Assembly (NCBI GenBank): GCA_951406725.2
Contig: OX597823.1
Span: forward strand, 1,984,001 to 2,048,000
Length of the DNA stretch: 64,000 nt
Source of the DNA: Octopus vulgaris
Taxonomy: Eukaryota
Reading direction: 5' to 3'
A program made the position numbers and the translations under genes. The notes beneath the pieces were generated by a model. It did not search any database. It had not been told where the DNA came from and saw only the letters and a list, made by a program, of their open reading frames with translations. This document shows positions 12,331-23,300 of this stretch, piece by piece (positions within the stretch are counted from its first letter, which is position 1; every line of letters starts with the position of its first letter).

Positions 12331-14268
12331 ATGCAGACACAGGTATCCTAATATGACTTTGTAGCTATAAAAATATTTATGATTCTTCTTGAGATTTCTG
12401 TTTAATGAATTAATTATGGCAGGATCATTAGTGTTAGACCAAATTCCTAGTGGTTTTTGATCCAGTACTAAATCCCTTCAAAGTCTGCCTTTCATTCTGC
12501 TGGAAATAAAGTACGAGTCAAGTAGTGAGGTTGATGTAATCAGTTTTTCTTCTCCATCAATTTTGTGTTTTTGTGAGGAACCATTATTGTTGTTGTTGAT
12601 TGTGGAATTGGTTGAGCATCTGACAAATGCCTTGTGGTATTTAGTTGGATCTCTTCATGTTCTGAGCTCAAATCCCTCTGACATTACATCTGCCTTTAAA
12701 AAGAAAGTACCAGTCAAGTACAGGGCCCACAAAAACTGACCAGTAAAGTACCACCCCTGTTTGGAGAGTATTTAAATCGATCCCTCCCCAGGTTGTGATT
12801 TTGTGTCAATGTCAGAAAGCTTTGTAACTATGACAACAACGGATGGCAGTTTTATGTCATGAGTCCATCCTTTTGGGGCTGATGAAATTGTTGTCAACTC
12901 TTCACTATCCTCCAACCCAAACTCCCTGCTACCCTCTACCCCACACTAATGACTCTGTGTTGTTAGGAACTATTTGTCTGATTTTCTTTTTTTGTTTTAT
13001 TCATCCAGGAAGATCATGGCCAACCCATTTTTGGTGTCCAGGTCAATTACAATCATAAAGAAGGAGAACCAATAATCTTTGCTACGGTTGGTAGCAACAG
13101 GGTAAGGACTTCCAACCTCTTCCTTGTCTCTTGACATGCAGCTAATCTCCACTCATGGAAAGGATTGCACAAAAGCCTCCATGTTTATTTTAAAAGACAA
13201 ATAACCTCATACAGTCTTTTATTTTCCCAAGTAAATTGAAATAATGCTATGAGCTATCAGTTCGATTTCTATCCAGCGATGCATTTGGTGGTACCGTAGT
13301 TTCTATAAATAATATCTGCAATAAAATAGACTCCAGGCCAAGGGTTGTTCTGTGCTTGAATATTATATGTTGTTATAAACCAACCAAGTTAAAACGGGAG
13401 GAACTTTGAGTGTCTCGAACGAATCGCATCCAGTTTGCTTTAACCCACTTCAGTCACCACCTAAATCCTACAAAACATCCAAAAGTGCAACATGTGAACA
13501 ACCATGTGGCATTGGCTACAACATACAGTGACATGTGGCACCACCTGCAACATGCCAGTGCAGTGATACTATTCAATCCACAACATACCAGTGCACACCC
13601 CACAACTTAGCGTCACTGCTTTCCCATACAAGCCAAGACCCACACTGCTGCACTGCCTAGTCTCCAACGTATCCCCGTTGCCATCCATCACTCTTCTTAA
13701 ATACCCACACAGCTAAATTATATATTTCTTTACTACCCACAAGGGGCTAAACACAGAGGGGACAGACAAGGACAGACAGACGGATTCAGTCGATTACATC
13801 GACCCCAGTGCGTAAGGATGAAAGGCAAAGTTGACCTCAGTGGAATTTGAACTCACAACGTAACGGCAGACGAAATACCGCTTAGCATTTTCGTCTGGCA
13901 TGCTAACGATTCTGCCAGCTCGCTGCCTTCCACACAGCCAAATTATAGTTTATATAATATACCCAGCTTATCATCTTGCTTATGACAGAAGCTGTCCCCC
14001 CCCTCTCACTCTCTATCCCAAACAGTGTTCTTCGCATTAAATCTAACACTTCACAATATGGTCTCATTGCTGCCACACTCTCTTTTAATATTCTTTCTTT
14101 AAAATGTAATAATCACAGGAATGGCTGTGTGGTAAGAAGCTTGCTTCCCAACCACATGGTTCTTGGTTCAGTCCCATTGCTTAGCACCTTGGGCAACTGC
14201 CTTCTACTATAGCCACAGGCCAACCAAAGCCTTCTGAATGGATTTGGTAGACGGACACTGAAAGAAGC

Positions 14269-14313
<45 letters not shown>

Positions 14314-17300
14314 GCACCGGCGCCCATCTTGCAGTGGCTTGGTGTGCAGACGTCAGATTGTAAACCTTTTTGCTTGGCGAATTTGGTCTCTTGTCAAACC
14401 ACTAAGTTAGAGGGATGCAAACATACCAACACTGGTTTGTCAAGCGATGGTGGGGGATAATCACTGACACACACAAATGCATGCATTTGTGTCAGATGCT
14501 CTACCAATTCTACTATCAACAACAACAGTGTCTTTGTGTCAAGGATTATCCCCCACCATCGCTTGACAGCCAGTGTTGGTTTGCTTGCGTCCCTGTAACT
14601 TAGCAGTTGGACAAAAGACCAATTGAACAAGTGACAAGCTGAAACAAAAAATAAGTCCTGAGGTCGAGTCATTTGACCAAAATTTCTTCAAGGCAGTGCT
14701 CCAGCATGGCCACAGTCTAACGACTGAAACAAGTAAAAGATAAGAGGATTATTGTTGTTTAATCCCAAATATTTTAAAACCCCTCTTCCTTCTTCTAATC
14801 TCTTATTAATCTTTAATTATTGCTGTTGTTGTTGTCGTTTAACATTTGTATATTTTTTCCACAGGTTGGCATCTACGAATGTCACGAGAATGGTAAAATC
14901 AAACTTCTCCAAGCCTACGCTGACCCTTCTGTATCCTTTTTTTTTACCGGAATCTATTCTGGAATGTTCTCTTTAACTACCAAACAGGGTGAATGAGATT
15001 TGTACAACTAATTTATAATTATGGAAAGAGGGCAAAAGATGATGCCAACGGCAGGGCTTCACACTGGATCCTTAATGGTATCTTGTTTCACCCTTTGGCA
15101 TTCAGATCACTCTGTCCAATGTGACGTTTATTTATTCACATTGTTTTGAATTAATCATGCATTATTTTGTAGCTTCAAGATTTCTATGATGTGACTGTTT
15201 TTAGCTAGACATTGTAGGGTAGGTGTGAGGGGCTGGATCTAGTCAGTTTGACCGTAAAACAGAATATTTGGGGCCAGATGTGGCTGGTTTAACTGCTGAT
15301 TATGTTCCAAAGTCAGTGAATACTTAGAGATTTTGTTGATGCCTTTGATTGGCAGCAATGTCAACACTACAACAGGTTGGAAGCAGATCTGTTGTGAAAA
15401 TAATTGATGGCTCAGCCTGAAATATTGTTTTGTCCACAAAGTAAAGAAATAAAAAGAAAAAATAAGAATTTCCTTCCAAAAAAAGGTCGTAACACTTTCG
15501 GCTGTTCTGATAAAGGTAAATCAATCGAAGGCAAAGCATCGGTAGAAACCAAGAACTCAACATATTCCTGTTAGTGGGCTAAAGCGAACTGACAGACATG
15601 TTAGCGTACTGGGCGAAATGCTTAGAGGTATTTCGTCTGCCGTTACGTTCTGAGTTCAAATTCCACTGAGGTCGACTTTGCCTTTCATCCTTTTGGGGTT
15701 GATAAAGTACTAGTTACGCACTGGGGTCGATGTAATCGACTTAATCATTTTGTCTGTCCTTGTTTGTCCCCTTGTGGGCAATAAAGAAGTAAAGTGAGGA
15801 CTATAGAAACGAGTAAGGTTGGTGGATGAGGTGAGTCAAAAGCCGGAAGGTGTTGCAGCTGAAACAAAGATGTTTCGGCTTCAATTAATGACTAGAAATG
15901 TGTGTTCAGAGCCAACTTTGTCCAACTGGAAACAGTGAATCTATTTAGTTGGATGTTTGTCTTCCATTGGTTCAATCCCTGAATGAAGTCGGAAGAGACA
16001 GAACTACGGCTCATATCAGCTCAGGTTTGTTGATATGCAATCAATGGGATTGGTGGCTGCAATACAGGTGGGGGGTGGAGGCAGATTTAGTTGTTAAGTG
16101 GACTGAAGAAGTAATTAGGTGTGTAGTGGAATGGGGGGTCATCTGATATGAATCAATGATTCCTGTTGGCACGAATACTGGTTAATGAGAGCTGTAGGGG
16201 CTGTAGAAGTGGAAAGAACTATGGTGTTGGGTGTTGTTAATTGGATGTTGTGTTGTGTCCTTAATTCATGCAAGACAGAGGAAAACTTCTATTGTTGTGC
16301 TTGGACATTTGATGATGTGACAGGACAACCACTGCTGGCCACAGGTGGCATGAGAGGCATTATAAGAATCATAAGTCCTGTCTCCATGCAATGCATCAAG
16401 GTAAACCATTACGATAATTCTTCTTCTTCTTACTATTATTGAGGTGATGAGTGGGCAGAATCGTTACTACTCCAGGCAAAATGTTTAGAGGCATTTCATC
16501 AGCCTTTATGTTCTGAGTTCAAATTCTGCCAAGGTTGATTTGCCTTTCATCCTTTCAGGGTCAATAAAATAAGTACCAATCAAGTGTGTCTGGGGGGGGG
16601 TCTTACCCCATCTCCCAAAATTGCTGGCCTTATGCCAAAATTTGAAATTATTACTACATATTTTTACACCTTATGTAGCAAAAGCATGATCACTCTTGAC
16701 CTTTAGCTGCCCACATTGTGGCTTCTTACTTTTAGCTATCTATTTTTGGTTCATCATGTGATGGTCTAGTCCATTTAGCTTTACTTGGATTGTCCACCCC
16801 TTAACATGATGGATTAGCCTAGTGTCCCTATGTCAGCTATTTAAGAGACGATTTTTCCCGCTAATTCCTTAGAGAGGTGAGTTTTCTATGAGCGGGTTTT
16901 GGATCTTCAACAATGCAAGCAGTGTATTCACTTTGCAGCTTCAGCGGGAGCATAGTTGTAACCCGAATCCTTGATGCTATGCTTTGCTTCCTTCCATCAT
17001 TATCAACAGAATTGCAACCAGAATCTTTGACGCTAGACTTCACGTTTTTCTCACCTTTCATCTTCAATTTCTATAAGCATTTGAATTTATTTAATGTATT
17101 GACAATAATTCAATGCCCAACCATTAATAATAAATGTTTCAGTGGATGGTCAACTTCAACTTGCCTTTTACATTTTCTTATTCATATCCATCCTGACTTA
17201 GATTAACCAGAACACAACATTATCCAGCCATGACTGGCATCTGTTGCTAGTGGAGTGCTAAGAGTACCATACGAGTGAGATCGTTGCCAGAGCAACAAGC

Positions 17301-20300
17301 TGGCCTCCAAGCCGATGGCACATTAAGCACACCATTCAAGCGTGATCGTTACCACGTTGCCTTACTAGCTCTTGTGCTGGTGGCACGTGAAACAATTGAG
17401 TGAGGTTGTTGCCAGTGCCACTGGACTGGCTCCTGTGCAGGTGGCACATAAGAAGCACCATTTGGGCGTGGCCGTTACCAGTACCACCAAACTGGCCCTC
17501 GTGTCTGTGACACATAAAAGCACCCACTACACTCTTGGAGTGGTTGGCATTAGGAAGGGCATCCAGCTGTAGAAACTCTGCCAGATCAGATTGGAGTCTG
17601 GTTCGCCAGTCCTCAGTCAAACCGTCCAACCCATGCTAGCATGGAAAGCGGACGTTAAATGATGATGATGATGAAACAGCATTTCATTCAACATTCATGG
17701 CTAAACTTACAATGTGTCTGCTGTTATTGTTACATATTTTTACAGCATCCTTTCTACCTGCACTGATTGCCTGTCACTGTTTTGCTCTGTTTTCATTCAA
17801 AATTTCCCTCCCACTTCCCTGACCACAAGGGTTCAAACTCAAGCCGGTTCTTTGTTTGCTTTCAGAATTTCATAGGGCATGGCAATGCTGTCAATGAACT
17901 GCGATTCCACCCCAAATACCCTAACATGATGTTATCTGTGAGTAAAGGTAAGCCACTTGGTTTATATTAATTTTACTTTATGGTCATGGGAGGGGAAATC
18001 TTACCTTACTTGAAAACAGGTGAGGGTTGGGGACAGGAGAGGCATCCGACCATAAAAAATCTGCCTCATGCAAGCATGGAAAAAGGGACATTAAAATGGT
18101 GGCGGTGGTTGTTGTTGTTTTAACTTACTTTTCTAATTGTTGTTGCAGAGGTTATTCCTGTCGTTGAGGAATCAATGTTTAGATTGAGTAAATTTTTGGA
18201 TAATTTGTTCTTAAATTATCAATTTGTATCTCACTGAAGTATTTTGTTTTACTTCCATTTTTCCATATTTGCATTAATTAGACCAGTTGTTCTCGACCAG
18301 GGTCCACATGATGCTTCAAGGGTCCACAGAAGATTTCATTCTGCAATAAATTGGTTACACTTCTAGAAGACAACCAAATAACATTTCATTCATCATCATC
18401 ATCATCATCATCCATGGATTGGACCTAATTATAAAAATATAATTGAATTTCTTAAAACTTCAAATGTTTATGAGGGTGTAGTAGAGTAAAATAGGGGTCA
18501 GAAGGGTCCATAGGTAAAAAGGGGTTAAGAACCACCGGGTTAGATAAATATATTATTGCAGCGTTGTTCTACAGCTAAATGTCCTTCATGTTTTTAATCC
18601 TTACCCTTAGGGATATCTTATCCCTTGGGGTTTTGAATATGTGAGGTGACAGTTCATTGACAAAACAACTGTCCCTCACAACCCAGTATAAACACACACA
18701 TACACACACACACGCTCATGATGGCCTTTTTTTTTTGTTCAGTTTCTACTTCTCGAATCCACTCGTAGGGTTTGTTCCGTCCATTGCTACGTTAGAAGGC
18801 AGCTGCCCAAAGTGTTGCCCCAGCTGGGACTGAACTCAAAAGCACATGGTTGGGAAGCAAACTTCTTAATCGTGCAACTCTGCCTCTGTTTATTTGTCTG
18901 AATAAATTAATTTCTTTCTCCAGCTATTTGGCTAATGACTAATTAAGTCCTTTCCGGAGGCTGACGAGAAACATTGACTAAAGCAATAAACAGCAATGGA
19001 ACACGTTTCTGCTGCAGAAGCTGGAGCGAAAGATCCGGACGTTTCCAAACGTCTGTGGTTCAGCGGAGGTTCACACCTATTATTAGTTTGTCCGTCCTTG
19101 TCATCAATGACCGAGGACAGTACATGGGGGAAGAGATTGAGGCATGACCAATCAGTCTGATGCATCCAGGTCAGGCAGTGGTGGTCAGTTTGGGACGGAA
19201 GGCAAGGAATTCACTTTGGACTTGCATTCTTCAGGTTTTCTTTGTGCAGCTGCAATTCCTTTTGTAGCGGGTGGCACATTTGTTGCCAGGCAACACCATT
19301 TTGTGCTTGCATTCTTCAGGTGTCACGGTTGATCTCAAAGCTTTTGAGCCTCTCTCCTTGTGGGCCCTTGCCTTTGACCAAGCATTCAAACAAGGTGACT
19401 TGCCCACCAACCTTGTGCTCCTGCTTGGTGGGTCAGATCAAGGGAGGACCTCCTTTATTCTAATGATTCACTAAGTAGACACCATTTTCCTCTCAATACC
19501 ATTCTCTACAGCCTGGCATTATCTATTTACGTTGCATTACTTGTGATATTGGGTCTGAATGCTTTTTGTCTCCTCTCAGATCATGCTTTACGAATATGGA
19601 ACATCAAAACAGATATATGTGTAGCAATTTTTGGTGGAGTCGATGGTCATCGGGATGAAGTTCTCAGTGCAGTAAGTCCATTATTATTTTATTTTATTTT
19701 TTTAAAATCTCCACTGTTCTTTGTATTGTTCTAAATGTTTTTGCAGCTCTTGATGCCAACAAAGAATTTTTTTATTGCTTCAGTTCCTAGACTGGATGCT
19801 GCGTTGTGTATTTGAGCAAAGCGCTTCATCTCATTTTGTTTTATGATCCCTTCCACCCCTGATGCGTGGCACACCTGTCGCACCTGTTCAGGTCACTATA
19901 AAATCATTTGTGCAGGTCGTTTTGGCAACAAAACTCAACACTCATACATCGTCTTTGACTGGACGAGTTCATAACTGTTAAAGAAACCATTCTTCTTATT
20001 ATTAAAGCAAGATTTAAAAACTGTCAAAATGTTTTGTTGGCTCAACTTCAGGTTGTCTTCCAGTTTCATTTCTGAATTATGATCGACAAATATCCCAACT
20101 CATGTTGCAAAAATGTTTCATTCCTGAATATCTTAGGTTAGATTCTGTACTATCATACCTACTTTCCCATTGAAATATTACTGCAGGGAGCACTTACCTA
20201 CATACATACATACATACATACACATATATATGTATATATATATATTGGGGTTCAACCCATGCTAGCATGGAAAGCGGACGTTAAACAATGATGATGATGA

Positions 20301-23300
20301 GATAGATAGATAGATAGTATATGGGTGAGTGAGCAAATGAAAGAAGGTGCTTAATGCATTTAGTAGGAGTTAATATATTATTATTATTATTATTATTATT
20401 ACCATTATTCAAAACAGTTTTATTCAGTCCTGTGTGACTACAAAACTTTAAGTCACATGGGCCGAATCAAATGGTTTTAAATAATTGTAATAATCAGATA
20501 TATGAGAGATGTCTGTGTATGAGGGAGATGTGTCTGCCTGAGCATGATGCGATTGATGTTGTTCATTTCCAATCTTCCATGGAAAAGCATGTCTAGTCAT
20601 GGAGAAACATTTGCTTGTTTGGAAACAGGTGAGGGTTGGTGAAACAGAAAGAGAGTCTGGACATCTTGGACTGATATCTTTTACCCTTCCTTACACCAAC
20701 CCTCAACCTTGTGAGTGAAACTGGGAAGATGGAAACTGTACAGAAGCCTGCCTTAGGGATTCTACCTTTAATTTCAAAGGTACAGCCTTGTCACTGTGTC
20801 ACCTTGATACTGCTTGAGACTTGCATGTCTGTGGAGTATTCAGCCGGTTGGATGTTATTTCAGTGAGCCTGGTAGTCCAGTAGATAAAAAAAGAGATGGA
20901 TTTACTTCCCATCTTTATTGAAATTTCAAGTTTAATGGAGACGAAAGCTTGAAGACTGTTGTTCTTCTTCTTCTTTCAGGACTTCAACATTGATGGCAGT
21001 TTTATTGTGTCTTGTGGCATGGACCATTCCTTGAAAATCTGGAACTTAAAGACAGATGCTATCATCAAAGCAATGAAAGATTCCTACACATACAACAGTA
21101 CCAAAAACAACAGGTAATGCGGATTTACCTTTCCTTTTTCTTGTTTCTGTCATTGGGGACTGTGGCCATGCTGGGGCACTGCTTTCAAATATTTTAGTCA
21201 AACAAATTGATCCCAGGACTTTTTTTTCAAAGTCTGGTACTTATTCTATCAATATAATTTGCTGAACTGTTAAGTTATGAAGACGTAAACGCACAAGCAC
21301 CAATTGTCAAGTGGTGGTGGCAAATAGACACACACACGTGTGTGTGTGTGTGTGTAATTAAAATCCTTCTAACAATCCTAATGGTTTGGGACTTCATTTC
21401 TTCCATTATTGCTGACAAGAAAATGAGGTAAAGATTTTGTCATGGTTGTTGAATTAAAGAATATCTTAATCTGACTCAGCAGATTAAGATGAGATTATCT
21501 TTCACACGAGAAAACTTTCTCAGGATTTCATCTGAAGATTATTTTTGATGTTTATTTATTTCCAAATTTCATTTTTTTAAAAATTCCTGGTCTTTTTTCC
21601 AAAACCTGATTTTGAAACTCAGCTTGGAAGATGGACGTTAAAAGATGAGAATTAGGGAGGCTTTGTTGTATTGATATACTATTAGTAACCTTAGGAAAGT
21701 TTTGATCATCTCTCTCTCTCTCTCTCATTTCCAGACCATTCCCCACAGTATCCAATCATTATCCAGATTTCTCCACCCGTGACATCCACAGAAATTACGT
21801 GGATTGTGTTCGTTGGCTCGGACGTTTTATTTTATCAAAGGTAACCAGTTTCATTTCAACAAATATAAAATCCTCTGTGTGTGTGTGTGTATGTATAAAC
21901 TATGAAGGGCAAGTGGGTTATTTAATATTTGTGTAACTTTTAATAATTAATGGATGAATGTTGTTATTCTGGGTTTGTGAAATGGTAATCAGTGAAAAGA
22001 TTTAATAAATATATTCCAAGTAGATTTGTACTGACCCTTGCAAAGCAGATAAACCAGCAATACATCGTGTGTATGTGTGAATAATTAGCAACACAGAACC
22101 CAGATTCTAGAAGCTTCAGCTTCTGATAAAATATATATACTCTAGTTTATGTACTGAGTACTTTTCCTCCCCTTTGTAAACACATTCAACATATGTGTTA
22201 GTGTGTGTACACACAAACCACATCCATTTATAGGCATGTGTCCACTCACAGAAGATTATGGAGAGCATCACAAGCGGTTTTAGACCAGTTGTGTAGCATT
22301 TTACAAAAGAAATTAAATGTTAAAACAACCTGATTCAAGACTATTGTTAGGTTTACAGTAATATTAATGCTGTAAGGTTACAGTATAAGCCTGTTGTTAG
22401 GTGTGTTGTGGATGTGTGGAGTAAAATGGATTTAGTGTCAAATGTGAAGCCGTTGACTGCTCCATTTGAGTTGTAGTTTAATAGCAACACATTGTTTGTA
22501 CTTTTCCTTGCTTTAAGAATTGTGTTTGTGTCTAGTAATTGGGAGAAGAAAGAAAGCGGATATTTGTAGATATTCATCAGCTTCATTGCTTAACAACATC
22601 TCTTTTTCCCCATATAGACAAGTGGAGGCGTGTGGCTTAGTGGTTAGGGTGTCGGCATCATGATTATAAGATTGTGGTTTCGATTCCTGGACCGGGCGAT
22701 GCGTTGTGTTCTTGAGCAAAACACTTCATTTCACGTTGCTCCAGTCCACTCAGCTGGCAAAAATGTGTAACGCTGCGATAGACTGGTGTCCTGTCCAGCT
22801 GGGGGGAACACATACGCCACAGAAACCGGGCCCATGAGCCTGGCTAGGCTTGAAAAGGGCGACGTTAATTATTTGTGGAGTCACATAGCCTAGTAATTAG
22901 AGCAGCAGACTCGCGGTCGAGGGATTGCGGGTTCAAATCTCAGACTGGGCGATGTGTGTGTTTATGAGCGGCTCTGGCAGAAAATAATGGCTAACTTCTG
23001 ACTCTTTCGCCACAACTTTCTCTCACTCTTTCCTCCTGCATCTTGCAGCTCACTTGCGACAGACCGGCATCCCATCCAGGTGGGGAACCTATACGCCAAG
23101 GAAACTGGGAAACCAGTCCTTATGAGCCAGGCATGGCTCGAGAAGGAACAAACATACAGACAAGGGTTTGATATAATACAGCATCTCACCACTTGTGATC
23201 CGTCTTCATCACTTCTTACGTCTTCCTCTGCCAGCTTTTGTCACATCAGAACCTCTGCATTTGTCTCCCGTAAACATTGACTGATTCATTTAGTGTCAGC

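Noticed and set aside
22622-22700. tRNA gene
   Set aside because: The A/B boxes run into a SINE body and there is no closed cloverleaf; the same holds for the other SINE heads.
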